64,000 nt of DNA. Source: Desulfobacterales bacterium. GTDB lineage: Bacteria; Desulfobacterota; Desulfobacteria; Desulfobacterales; UBA2174. The notes below the pieces were generated by a model. That model was not told the origin of the DNA. It worked only from the letters and a program-made list of their open reading frames with translations, and did not search any database. This document shows positions 20,354-30,816 of this stretch, one piece after another. Location: contig CAXXWC010000018.1 of the NCBI GenBank assembly GCA_963668645.2, positions 320,001 to 384,000 of the forward strand, in the 5' to 3' direction. A program made the position numbers and the translations under genes. Numbering within the stretch: the stretch's first letter is position 1; every line of letters starts with the position of its first letter.

Positions 20354-21442
20354 CTAAAACTCGATGGCCAACTGGGCCACGACCGAATCGATCTCGTCGT
20401 CGTTTTCAAACTCGCCGTGCAGGTATTCGAGGGACACGGTGGTGTGTTCGAATACCCCGTAGCTCACCACACCGCCGTACTGGCTCTCGGGAATCCAGTC
20501 CCCGCCGTCTTTGCTGCCTTCATAGCGCAGGGCAGCTTCCAGCTCGTCGCTGATCGCGTAGGCCAGCTCGAAGTTCCAGGCCCTGGGCTCGAAGCGCTGC
20601 CCGCCGTCGAAGGAAAGCTCGCCGGCCTCGAACTTGTCGGCCGCGGCCACGTACTCGGCTTCGATAAAGATCTTTTCCATCAGGGATACCGATGCAAAAA
20701 GGCTGTACCCGGGGACATGTTCGCGCAAGGTGCCCGGGCCGTCGGAGATATCGTCCTCCAACCCGCCTTCGGCAAGGGTGGAAATGTACGAAGCGCCGAA
20801 GGTCACGTTGGGCAGCGAGACGCTGGCGGCCAGGGTGTAGGCGTTGACCGTGTCGTCGTCGCCGGTCTCGTCGATGTCGGCGTTGAACCCACCGGCCGAA
20901 ATGTCGATCAGGCCGTTGGCAAAACCGATCACGGCCGCCCCCTCGTTGGTCTCACCCAGCACCTGGGTCAACGGATCGGAGATGAAGTGGGTCTCGTAGT
21001 TGCCGAAGGGCACCACCATCTTGCCCGCCTTGAGATAAAACGGCATCTCCTCTTCGGCGCCCAGCACGATGAACCCTTCGTCCACGGTCAGATCATCGTC
21101 CTCCCAGAGAAACACGACCTGGCCGGTGACGTACTTGGCGATTTTGGCTTCCAGCCCGATCTCCACCTTGGCCAGGTCGATGTCGCTCTCTTCGATGTCA
21201 TCGGCGGCCGGATCTGCCGGGTTGAACCGGGAAAAATTGGCCTCGACCTCCACCGTGCCGCTCAGCACCAGGTTTGCCGGCCAGGCACCGGCCGCACCGC
21301 TGCCGGTCAAGGCGCTTTCCACCTTGGCCAGGCGTTCTTCCAGGGCCGACACGCCATCTGCCGCCAGGGCCGGGGCACCGGCCAGGCTGAGGGAAAAGAC
21401 CAGAGCCGCGGCGGCTTTTGTCCATCTGCTTGTTGTCATCAT
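20354..21442 (-). CDS. LbtU-like outer-membrane porin
   Basis: Signal peptide, short coiled coil, SGTVEVEA, VPFGNYETHFISDPLT, C-terminal LAIEF. Confidence 0.75.
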   Translation of the reverse strand: MMTTSRWTKAAAALVFSLSLAGAPALAADGVSALEERLAKVESALTGSGAAGAWPANLVLSGTVEVEANFSRFNPADPAADDIEESDIDLAKVEIGLEAKIAKYVTGQVVFLWEDDDLTVDEGFIVLGAEEEMPFYLKAGKMVVPFGNYETHFISDPLTQVLGETNEGAAVIGFANGLIDISAGGFNADIDETGDDDTVNAYTLAASVSLPNVTFGASYISTLAEGGLEDDISDGPGTLREHVPGYSLFASVSLMEKIFIEAEYVAAADKFEAGELSFDGGQRFEPRAWNFELAYAISDELEAALRYEGSKDGGDWIPESQYGGVVSYGVFEHTTVSLEYLHGEFENDDEIDSVVAQLAIEF

Positions 21443-22061
21443 CGATTTCTCCTTTCCACGTGTTTGTTCCAAAAAAAAAGACGCGGCAAAGGTCTGATGC
21501 AATGCATCCCTCGCAGCGTCTTCACTTCTTTCGCGCCGCCAGCCGGCCGAAAGACGTAAGCGTAAACAAAGTATGTTTTAGGGGTCTATTTTTATTTTGG
21601 CTTCATTACACACGAAGCCGGATGTTTGTCAACAGGTTTTGCAGCTTCGGACCGGGAACACGGCGGATTTCCCACCAACGATTTCCCCATCACCCTTCCT
21701 GATACCCGTTCGCACGTGCCCACCATCGGCTGAGCGCCTTCGCGGGCTGCCCCCATGGCGGGCGCTGCGATGGCGCTTTATGGACGTGGAACGGGCTATC
21801 AACCAGGCCCGGCGGATCCGCATCGGGCTGGCCCTGGTGTGCGCTGAATTCAAAGTGTGGATCAACCCGGCATCCGCCACGGCAAAAAGGAAACCGCCGG
21901 TCGGGTCTACCGGGCGCACTGCCCGAGGCGGCAACAAAAAGGCCGCACGATCGTCGGAATTTCGGTTTCCGCATCGATCGCCGGCCTTTTTGTCTATTAC
22001 AGCGTGGGAGTGTCCCGCCCGCCCAAAGCGCACTTCAGACAGGCATGGAAGTGAATCTCAC

Positions 22062-24077
22062 TTATGGCTGGCAGGCCAGCCTGGCGGCCCATTTGGTGTC
22101 GCCCAGCCGGTTTTTGACGCTGATCATGATGTCGCTTCGCCACCGGTCGGCATCCTGGGCCTGGAGTGCCTTCTGGTAGATGCGCCGCGCCCATTCCCGA
22201 TCGTCTATCCGGGTCAGCACGCCCTCTGCCAGGCACTTGAGTTCCCGCGCACCGGCCAGTTTGCCCTCGGCCGCTGCGAACCCTCCGCGCGCGACGTCCC
22301 CAAATCCTTCGATCTGCAGCGCGGCCCGGACGCAGACATCGAAGTCGCCGAAGACCTTGCAGGCACCCTGGGCCTTGGTGAAAAACGCCCGGGTGCGATT
22401 GGTATCGCCGAGGCTCGCCTGCAGCGCCAGGGCTGCGGCGGTGCAGTCCACCACCGTGGCACAGCCTTCCAAGGCGCGGTCGAAGAGCTTGCCGGACCAA
22501 TCGGCGTCATCGAGCTTTTCGAGCACCATCCGCGCCAAACGGACGTAGGCGCCGGGGCCGTCGGCCCGTTTTTCCACCTCAGCGTAGATCGACTTGGCCC
22601 ATTCCTTGTCTTTCAGGTTGGCCAGGATCCCGTCCACGATGCCGTGGATGTCGGCTTCCGCCGTGCGGCCTTCCAGCAATCGGGTGTAGATTTCGCGTAC
22701 CCAGTCTAGATCGGCCAGGTCGGTCGCGATCGCATCGGCCAGGGACAGGGTCTCGGGCAGATAGTGGACGCGTTTGGCTGCCTTGCGATACAGCTTGCGG
22801 GCGTAATGCTTGTCGCCGGTCTGGGCCGTCACGTCTCGGGCCAGGCCCACCAGGGCGCCGGCGGTCTGGCATTCTTCCTCGCGGGCGATGTACGCCTTGT
22901 ACAGGTTGGCATGGGCCTCGCGCTTTTGCTGCTGATCCTTGATCGCCTCGGTCCATTGCGCGGCGTCGGCGTACTGGAGGATCGTTTCGGCAACCTTTTT
23001 GAAATCGTCGTTGCTCTTGACCGCCAGTTCGGCCTGCCGCAGCACCTCCATGGCCCCGGTCCGGTCCTCGATCTGGTCAGCCAGGGCCTTGGCCACGTCC
23101 ACGAGCTGCTTGGTGGTGGGTTCGGCGGTCAGGGTCTTGCGGTACACGGAACCGGCGGCCGCTTTGTCTCCCGTGTCGGCCATGATCGTGCCGGCCAGCT
23201 TGAGCAGTTGGTCGAACTCCGTGAAGAGCGCTTCGGCCCGTGTGTAGATCTCCAGGGCCAGGGCCTGGTCCGAGAGCGACTCGATCACCGATTTGGCCAG
23301 GGCCATGAGGTCCTCGCCCGTTTTCATGCCTTCGGCCGCTTTTCCATAGATCTGCCGAGCGTAGTCCGCGTCCTTCAGGTCCGTGGCCGCAGCCGTAGCC
23401 AGGACCTTGAGCTCCTGGCCGCTGTCCAGCGCGGCCTCCGCCTTGGCGAAGGTCGCCCGCGCCAGGTCGGCGTCCTTGAGCGGGTCCAAGGCGGCCTGGG
23501 CCAGCTTGGCGAAGTCGGCGCCGGTCTTGCATTTTTCGGCCGCCGATTCGAGGATTTCCCTGGCCCGCGCCGCGTCTTCGAGCACCTCGAGCACTCCCCG
23601 GGCACAATCGATGTGGTCGGCCACGGTCTGGCATTTTTCCATAGCCGCCGCCACCGGTTTCCGGGCCTGTTCGGCGTCGCCCAGCAGGGTCTGGATCTTC
23701 TTGCTCAGGGCGAACAGGTCCGCCACCTTGGTGCACTTGGCCTGGGCCGCGTCCAGCACCTCGGCGGCCACCTCGGTCTCGCCGATCTCGGCGGCGGCAC
23801 CGGCCAGCTTGACCAGTTCGTCGGCGTTGGTGCCGAAATCCTTGGCCTGCGCAAGGTACTGCCTGGCCTTTTCCCTGTCCTCTACCGCCTCGGCGGCGCA
23901 CCTGGCGAACAGGATCAGTTCGTCCACCGTCTGGGCCCACTCGGCCCCCTCGTCGAGCAGTTCGCCCGCCCAGGTTTTATCGGAAAGGTCCTGGACGATC
24001 TCCCGCGCAACATTGGTGTAGTCCTCCGAGGTCTCACAGCTTTCGGCCTTCGCCTCCAGTTCTTCCTTCGTGCTCAT
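22062..24077 (-). CDS. All-alpha helical repeat (TPR-like) protein, unknown function
   Basis: Recurring ~36-aa unit LA..I...L.D..WAR.IY.KA; AAGGAGG RBS. Confidence 0.8.
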   Translation of the reverse strand: MSTKEELEAKAESCETSEDYTNVAREIVQDLSDKTWAGELLDEGAEWAQTVDELILFARCAAEAVEDREKARQYLAQAKDFGTNADELVKLAGAAAEIGETEVAAEVLDAAQAKCTKVADLFALSKKIQTLLGDAEQARKPVAAAMEKCQTVADHIDCARGVLEVLEDAARAREILESAAEKCKTGADFAKLAQAALDPLKDADLARATFAKAEAALDSGQELKVLATAAATDLKDADYARQIYGKAAEGMKTGEDLMALAKSVIESLSDQALALEIYTRAEALFTEFDQLLKLAGTIMADTGDKAAAGSVYRKTLTAEPTTKQLVDVAKALADQIEDRTGAMEVLRQAELAVKSNDDFKKVAETILQYADAAQWTEAIKDQQQKREAHANLYKAYIAREEECQTAGALVGLARDVTAQTGDKHYARKLYRKAAKRVHYLPETLSLADAIATDLADLDWVREIYTRLLEGRTAEADIHGIVDGILANLKDKEWAKSIYAEVEKRADGPGAYVRLARMVLEKLDDADWSGKLFDRALEGCATVVDCTAAALALQASLGDTNRTRAFFTKAQGACKVFGDFDVCVRAALQIEGFGDVARGGFAAAEGKLAGARELKCLAEGVLTRIDDREWARRIYQKALQAQDADRWRSDIMISVKNRLGDTKWAARLACQP

Positions 24078-24205
24078 GGGCTCCTCCTTTCCGGGTGGGT
24101 CGGTGTATGCAGTGGACGCAAAATACGTTCCTGTTTACATACTCCAAGGGCGATCACGGACGCAACCGCCAAGTCCGCCCCCGGTTGCACGGTGGCAGAG
24201 GATCG

Positions 24206-24943
24206 TCAGATATTTTCCCGCCTGGCGACGATGCCCTGCCCCTCGACCTGGTTGTATCGCCCGCCGCCGCACATCAGACAGAGACCATGATTTTCACCTT
24301 GAGAGATGGTTTTCGTCGCCATGATCGTTTCTCCGCACCCGGGGCAGACGACGCTCTCGGTTATCGGTGCGTATTCGGGCAGGCGAGGGTGCACCGTTTC
24401 CGTGATCAGAAGCTTTTCGAAAGGAAGCGCCAGAATCGCGTGGGCCGCTTTAAAGCCATAGTTTTTAAAGGCAACCTCATCATCGGCATTTCCCTGCCGG
24501 TTTTTAATGACTTTTTCCATAAACATGTAAAACTCGGGGACCAGCTTATCGATATGGGAACGAAAATCAGGCCGGACCCGGACGCGTACCCCCGTTTCCT
24601 GCCCGCGTATGGCAAAGGTAACTGCAAGACGACCAAGATCGCGGTATACCAAGGCATTATTTCCGAGCGTGCATCCGGAAACCACCTGGACCCCATCTGC
24701 AAAGCAGGCGTTGATCTCGACGATGGCCATGAGATTTTCCAGTCCGTCGGACTGCACCGTTCCATTGCCCAATTGCCACAGGCCGCACACCGAGGCCATC
24801 ACGCCCAGTGCGCTGCCCGGACAGAAGTGGCCGTGAATCTGGGCCGTTCGATTTAAACACCAGACCAGATTCTTGTCGTTTATGGCCTGAATGATTTCGT
24901 TTCTTGGGTTTCGATACTGGTATTCGATTCCGGATTGTTGCAT
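24206..24943 (-). CDS. FmdE family protein with C-terminal zinc finger
   Basis: HGHFCPG, CFADGVQVVSGCTLGN, CPGCGE...CLMC. Confidence 0.88.
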   Translation of the reverse strand: MQQSGIEYQYRNPRNEIIQAINDKNLVWCLNRTAQIHGHFCPGSALGVMASVCGLWQLGNGTVQSDGLENLMAIVEINACFADGVQVVSGCTLGNNALVYRDLGRLAVTFAIRGQETGVRVRVRPDFRSHIDKLVPEFYMFMEKVIKNRQGNADDEVAFKNYGFKAAHAILALPFEKLLITETVHPRLPEYAPITESVVCPGCGETIMATKTISQGENHGLCLMCGGGRYNQVEGQGIVARRENI

Positions 24944-25030
24944 GGCAGATTTCCTTTCTGATCATTTTTTTTTTTGATACTAAAAGTTATGCTCAATCGA
25001 CCCAACTTCAAACCGCCCGGGTACGATGGA

Positions 25031-25859
25031 TTAATCATCCGGTCTTCGGGATGGATGGTGAAAAAGCGGCCTTAGCGGTACGATGTATGGTCTGCCTTCA
25101 ACGCTCTTTACAACAACCTCAACATGATAGACAGAGGCGATATTTTCAGGCGTCAGGACAAAAAGTGGCTCGCCCGAGGATATGACGTTGCCGCGTTTCA
25201 ACATGATGACGTTATCCGCATATCTTGACGTTAAATTAAGATCGTGCAGCGATATGATCGCTGACATATTGTTTTTCCTCACCAGACGCCTTAACAGATC
25301 CATCACTTCAAGCTGGTGCATAATATCGAGGTTGCTTGTTGGTTCGTCAAGCAAAAGGACTTTTGCCTCCTGTGCAATGGCTCTTGCAATCGTCACTTTC
25401 TGCTGCTGGCCGCCGCTGATCGCCCCGAAATCTCTCATTGCGATATCTTCTATATCCAGCAAAGAAAGCGCCTTGGAGACCTTTTCAAGATCCTGTTGGC
25501 TGCGATGGCGATTTGAATGAGGATGCCTGCCCTGCAAGACCATATCGAAAACCGCCCTGCAAGACCATATCGAAAACCGTGGCCGGAAAAATGTCCGGCG
25601 CGGTTTGCGGCACGTATGCCAGATACTTGGCGATCTCCTTTCTGGGCATGGCGCTTATCGATTTTCCGCTCAACTCGATGCTTCCGGTTTGATGCCTGAG
25701 AAGTCCATCTATACATTTTAACAAGGTGGATTTTCCGGCACCGTTTGGACCTATCAGGGCCAATATTTGCCGTGGTTTTAGCGAAAAGGTAATATTCTCG
25801 AGAACCGGCTGCATGCCATAAGCAAAGCTTAAATCGTTGATCTTGAGTTCTATAGCCAG
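25031..25859 (-). pseudogene. FepC/BtuD-type ABC ATPase frameshifted by a 25-bp tandem duplication
   Basis: GPNGAGKS in ORF 25485-25814; SGGQQQ and LLLDEPTS in ORF 25031-25543; start codon uncertain. Confidence 0.88.
25529..25578. repeat. Perfect 2 x 25-bp tandem duplication
   Basis: GCCCTGCAAGACCATATCGAAAACC at 25529-25553 and 25554-25578. Confidence 0.95.
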
Positions 25860-26974
25860 AATTCACCCCTGTTTTTCATGATTAGATAGATAAAGAGAGG
25901 CACGCCCATAAACGATGTCATTACCCCTATCGGGATGACGGTGGGTGCGATGATATGCATGGCTACCATATCCGATCCGCTGAGAAGCAGAGCGCCGATA
26001 AGTCCTGCTGCCGGTACGATAAAACGGTTGTCTCCGCCCAAAATCATCCTCGATATGTGCGGTGCGACAAGTCCGACGAACCCGATCGTTCCGGTAAAGC
26101 AGATGGTCGTTGCCGTTAAAAGCGATGCAGCCACCAACATCAGAATCCGGGTTCGCTGGACGTTTACGCCCAGGCTTGCGGCGACATCATCTCCGGCATT
26201 CATCATGTTGAGATCTTCCGATTTCAACAAAAGATATGGAACACATATGAACATTATCGGAAGCAGGAACCTCAAACTGCTCCAGGTTGATCTGGCAAGG
26301 CTGCCGACCATCCAGAAAACCACTTCAGCTACAGCCCATGACTCGGCAAAGTACTGCATCATGGTCGTGCCGGCGCTGAAAAGATACGACAAGGCGATGC
26401 CGGCCAGCACCATGGTTCCGGGTTTGGCTCCCTTGGATCGGGACAGACCTAATATGATAAAAGAGGTGAATAGTGAAAACACAAATGCGTTGATGACTAC
26501 AAAATAGGTGCCTCCTCCAACGCCTTTACCAAAAAGTATGGCCAGGGCCGCACCGAATCCGGCGCCTGATGATATGCCTAAGGTAAAAGGGCTCGCCAAA
26601 GGGTTTCGCAACACCGTCTGCATCACGGCACCCGCAACGGCAAGGCTGCAACCGGCGGCAAGTCCCATGAGAAGCCTGGGCATTCTCATATACCATATCG
26701 CTCTTTCAGCCACTTCACTTGGAGACGAAAAATAATCCGGTAAGAATCGATTCAGAATCGTAGCATAAACTTCAAAAATTGAAATCTTCAACGGCCCCAG
26801 CGTAATGGAAAAAGTCGCCAGGATTCCTGTGGCTGTCACAAGCGCCAGAATGAACAATCGCTTCCTTTTTGCATGTTTTTTATAGTTAATCAGAACCTGG
26901 GGGTTGAGGGGTGCCTGCATTAATCTTACATCCATACTTTCTGAATGAATATTTATGCGTTTTAAGCAGCTCAA
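25850..26974 (-). CDS. FecCD/BtuC-type ABC permease
   Basis: RMPR, RNPLASPFTLGISSGA, GTIGFVGLVAPH. Confidence 0.92.
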   Translation of the reverse strand: MSCLKRINIHSESMDVRLMQAPLNPQVLINYKKHAKRKRLFILALVTATGILATFSITLGPLKISIFEVYATILNRFLPDYFSSPSEVAERAIWYMRMPRLLMGLAAGCSLAVAGAVMQTVLRNPLASPFTLGISSGAGFGAALAILFGKGVGGGTYFVVINAFVFSLFTSFIILGLSRSKGAKPGTMVLAGIALSYLFSAGTTMMQYFAESWAVAEVVFWMVGSLARSTWSSLRFLLPIMFICVPYLLLKSEDLNMMNAGDDVAASLGVNVQRTRILMLVAASLLTATTICFTGTIGFVGLVAPHISRMILGGDNRFIVPAAGLIGALLLSGSDMVAMHIIAPTVIPIGVMTSFMGVPLFIYLIMKNRGEFWL

Positions 26975-28107
26975 TTTAAAGATACCTGTCTCCAGCGGTG
27001 AAGTTCGCTTTTTGTGATAAAATCAGTGTAAAGACCATCTATCCCGTAAAAGCGTTTCAATATTTCATTGCACTCTTTTTCAACGTCGAGTTTCATATAG
27101 AGTTCAGGGTAAAAGAGTTTGGCCATATAGTAGATTTCACACAACCCCATTGCAGGGTCCCATCCTTTCATGAAACTTCGCGAGTAATACACGCGCCCAT
27201 TTCTTACCGCATTCACCGTCTGGAGGGCCGGATCGGAGAGGATAGTGGATACACGTACACCGACATTTTTTCTGGTCCACCACTGGAGCAAAATAATATC
27301 GGGGTTCCACACCGCCAACTGCTCTTTAGTAATGTCGAAAATCTCGTATGGCTTGATCCGGGCCTGCATGGCTGCGTTTATGCCTCCGGCCAGATCGATG
27401 GGATCATAGGGCGCAATCGTTTTAGGAGAATCTTCAACAGGCCACCCCCAAAAGAATACGTTTACGCGTTTTGTTTCAGGGATCTGGCGATTCTTTTCAA
27501 CGATTTTCTCAATTTTGCCCAGAGCATAAGCAACAAGTTCCTCCGCTCTTTTTTGTGTGCCCGTAATCTCGGCTACCAATCTGAGCATCTTGAAATCGAG
27601 GCATCCGGAGGATTTGAGGCAGGCAACCGGATGGCCTGTTTGCTCTTCAAGGGCTTTGGCCAGGCCCCCATATGAAGCATAAGTCAGAACAACATCCGGC
27701 TCCAGGGATTTTATCAGTTCAATGTTCGGCTCACGGCAGCTTCCCATGCTCAGAAGGTTTTTCAGGTGTGGTGCCGCCTTCGGCGACGCGAACCAGCAAC
27801 CGAAGGCTTTCCCTTCTTCTCCGTACATAAAATTTTTAACGACATCGTTTACGCCGACAAGCTTGTCGGCGACTCCAAGCTCAACCATTGTCCGTGTCCC
27901 GTCCAGCATCGCCAAATCCACCACTTTTTCAACTATAGTCGGGACCGTGACTTTTCTGTCCAAACAATCGGTTATTATTTTTTGATAACAGGTTCGTCCT
28001 TCCGGACTTTCTTGTTCTGTACCTCCTGCGGTTAAGTTGAAAATCAATAAGAGTGATAGTGTACATGTTAACAGGATCGTTTTTTCCCAACAATTTTTAA
28101 CTAACAT
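26971..28107 (-). CDS. Iron-siderophore/cobalamin-type ABC substrate-binding protein
   Basis: TDCLDRKVTVP, PNIELIKSLEPDVV, AVRNGRVY. Confidence 0.88.
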   Translation of the reverse strand: MLVKNCWEKTILLTCTLSLLLIFNLTAGGTEQESPEGRTCYQKIITDCLDRKVTVPTIVEKVVDLAMLDGTRTMVELGVADKLVGVNDVVKNFMYGEEGKAFGCWFASPKAAPHLKNLLSMGSCREPNIELIKSLEPDVVLTYASYGGLAKALEEQTGHPVACLKSSGCLDFKMLRLVAEITGTQKRAEELVAYALGKIEKIVEKNRQIPETKRVNVFFWGWPVEDSPKTIAPYDPIDLAGGINAAMQARIKPYEIFDITKEQLAVWNPDIILLQWWTRKNVGVRVSTILSDPALQTVNAVRNGRVYYSRSFMKGWDPAMGLCEIYYMAKLFYPELYMKLDVEKECNEILKRFYGIDGLYTDFITKSELHRWRQVSLN

Positions 28108-28180
28108 ATTTTTTTCTCCGATGATTCACTGAACATGATCCTGGCAAGTTCGGATTAGAACACTGAGAGACTATTACACA

Positions 28181-30346
28181 TTAAAAATCGAAGCTTAACG
28201 CAGCACCATATGTCCGATCCGTAGCTGGATAGCCACTGAGATTTTCATATTCTTCATCAAGTAAATTGTTGATATAGAGCTTGACCATGCCATTCTTCAG
28301 AGCGCCCCATTTTTCAAAAATGGTTTGCTGAATGGCAATGTCGAAAACATGATAATCATCTATTTTAATTTCTGTAAATACCCACTCATCCGGCGCGACC
28401 TCTTCCCCATTTTGAACAACCTGGTCATCTTGGTACTTATAATCAAAAAGCAGCAACGTGTTCTCAAATATATTATAGCGCAACCCGGCATTGACTCTGT
28501 TCTCAGCGATGTTGTCCACCGCTGTTTCCCCGGCCGGTTCGCCTCCTTCGTTGTCAAATTTTTGATATGCATAACCGATGTAAAATGAAAGATCGTCTGT
28601 AAAATGACCGCTTAACTGTACTTCGAGCCCATGCCGGGTGATCTTGTCAAGATTGATTATATAATCTTTGTATTCCAAGCCAGGTGTGACCGGATTGGTG
28701 CTGCTCGGGGTGTATTTCGCATAATCCCAATTCCAGGCAAGATAGTCTTTGATTTCATAGTAAGAGTAATTGACCTTCAGTTGAATGTCATTGACCAGCC
28801 TCCGTGATAACACTATATCATAACCGATTCCGTGTTCCGGTTCTGTCCATGCACCAGCCGGCATCCCTCTGGGGTTGAAATCGCCGAAATTGATCGGTGC
28901 CCTCCAGATTTTGCTGACGCCTAAAGAGACGGATGTGTCTCTGAGATTCGTGGCAAGGTCATCCAGTTCGTAAGTGAGAAACGATTTTGGCAGCCAATCA
29001 TCGAAACTGCGTTCGATCCATCGGGGCTTTCCGGTAATGAGCAGCTTGCCGGTGCTGGAGGAAAGGTTGTCGATCCAGATGTCGGCATGTTCGTAACGCA
29101 GGCCGGCGGTCAGTGTCAGGCGGGGTATAATCTGCCAGCAGTGCTGTGCGAAACCGGATATGAGCTCTACCCTTTTCTGGTCGTCAAAGGCAGCCGGCGA
29201 TCCCTGTTTTGAATCGTAACTGTCAAAAAATTGTTGGAGGTCGGTGCCGATAATGGTTTGATGTTGATCTGAAAAATTGATCGTATCCTGCAGCTTACCG
29301 CCCTGCTGGTGCCAAGTCGCTTCCCATCCGGCATCATAAACTCCTGTGGAATTTTTCCGTAAAGTTGTTCTTTCCCATTCTTCTTCAGTGTAATAGGCAT
29401 TCAGATCCCAGATACCAAGCGATGTCGGTTGATTGTAATTGATCCGGTAGGATGCCGCCGTTTCATCCCATTCGGGTTTTTGCCATTCGTAGTAAGAAGA
29501 GGTCGTTACAACAGGATCTCCGCTTTTATAGTCCGAAAGACCAGGATCGTTTTTTACGGGGATCTGCCGATTCGCGCTGGTGTGGGAAACAGTAAACGTG
29601 ACATAGCCGTCCGAAGGAAGGATATAGCCGATGCGGCCGAAAGCCGTGTCTATGTCCGCCACAGCATTTCTCAGATAGCCGTCAGTGGCGTATTTTTGAT
29701 ACCCTGTGTCATAGATGAAATCGCCGGCGCCGCCCCGGATGTATGCGCTGTGATTCTGGGTATCATAGGATTTATAGCTCGTCGAAAGTGATACTTGAGG
29801 CTTCAGGGTGTCATACCGCTTGGGTGTTTTGGTAATCAAATTGACCACCCCGCCTATGCTCTGGCCTGGATACAGGGCCGAGTGCGGACCGGGTAAAATT
29901 TCAATCTTTTCGAACAGGAATGTCGGTAGTAATGAATAATCCATCACATGAAAGGTCTGGCGGCCGCCGGGTTTATGAAGGTTGGATCCGTCGATGGCGG
30001 TAACAAAGCGGTTGCTGCTGAAACCGCGCATCCAGATGGTGTCGTCCCCGTCAACCAGATCCCCGGGCACCAGATCGGTCGCTCCCCGGAAGTCTATCAC
30101 AGGTTGATCCTTGATGATGTCACCGATATTCTGCGGTACTCCGGCAGTCTCATAAGTGTCGAGGTCAATGATGGTTTCTTCCGGCGTATAGGACAGCTCC
30201 GTAGCTGTGTTTTTTCCGGTGACCACTACATCATCCAGCTTATAGTCGCTTTTTTCTTCGGCCTTTGCCACATTTGAAAAAAACAAACATAACGATATAA
30301 ATAACAATAGGTTCATCTTCATTTCAGTTTTGCGAAACCATTTCAT
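28181..30346 (-). CDS. TonB-dependent receptor
   Basis: Signal peptide, LDDVVVTG TonB box, IEILPGPHSALY...GGVVNLITK plug, NNLLDEEY, terminal Phe. Confidence 0.92.
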   Translation of the reverse strand: MKWFRKTEMKMNLLLFISLCLFFSNVAKAEEKSDYKLDDVVVTGKNTATELSYTPEETIIDLDTYETAGVPQNIGDIIKDQPVIDFRGATDLVPGDLVDGDDTIWMRGFSSNRFVTAIDGSNLHKPGGRQTFHVMDYSLLPTFLFEKIEILPGPHSALYPGQSIGGVVNLITKTPKRYDTLKPQVSLSTSYKSYDTQNHSAYIRGGAGDFIYDTGYQKYATDGYLRNAVADIDTAFGRIGYILPSDGYVTFTVSHTSANRQIPVKNDPGLSDYKSGDPVVTTSSYYEWQKPEWDETAASYRINYNQPTSLGIWDLNAYYTEEEWERTTLRKNSTGVYDAGWEATWHQQGGKLQDTINFSDQHQTIIGTDLQQFFDSYDSKQGSPAAFDDQKRVELISGFAQHCWQIIPRLTLTAGLRYEHADIWIDNLSSSTGKLLITGKPRWIERSFDDWLPKSFLTYELDDLATNLRDTSVSLGVSKIWRAPINFGDFNPRGMPAGAWTEPEHGIGYDIVLSRRLVNDIQLKVNYSYYEIKDYLAWNWDYAKYTPSSTNPVTPGLEYKDYIINLDKITRHGLEVQLSGHFTDDLSFYIGYAYQKFDNEGGEPAGETAVDNIAENRVNAGLRYNIFENTLLLFDYKYQDDQVVQNGEEVAPDEWVFTEIKIDDYHVFDIAIQQTIFEKWGALKNGMVKLYINNLLDEEYENLSGYPATDRTYGAALSFDF

Positions 30347-30414
30347 TTCAACTTCCCTCCTGTACTCATCATTTACCAGTTAATCAAATCCGACATGTCC
30401 AAGATTCAAGTTCC

Positions 30415-30600
30415 AAAGAAAAAGCCATGATGCTACCTTCCCTTTTCCGGGAAGATGAAACCTTCATGGCTTTGGTTGATTTTATTTGATTGTCGCTTTG
30501 TAAACAGCGAAAGCTGTGATCCGGTTTTAGGTCATCCTGATTTCATGTCTTTTCAAAGACATGTACTGGACGGCTTCAGCCGTATGGTTATCCGGTTAAG
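30415..30600 (-). promoter_or_regulatory. Structured 5' leader ending in an intrinsic terminator upstream of the TonB receptor (candidate riboswitch/attenuator)
   Basis: Stem AAAGCCATGA/TCATGGCTTT plus U tract; further hairpins at 30493-30510, 30544-30563, 30571-30582. Confidence 0.55.
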
Positions 30601-30816
30601 CTTATTTCGCCACGCTTGAGCAACCGTCAAATATGATCGGATGATTGGTCATATTCTGTTATCGTATCTGTCGAACGTAAATCGCTTGATTTTGCGAGGC
30701 GGAACCCAGATGGGCAATGAATACAACAATCGAGATTATTTTGTCTTTTGCGAAAAGCACTCTTTTTTATGAATGCCGCACAACTATACTCTAATCAAGC
30801 ATTGTTTTGCAGGTCA

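Noticed and set aside
30415..30700. Cobalamin riboswitch
   Set aside because: GGGAA...GCCCCCGCAACTGT and B12-box motifs not found in the right arrangement
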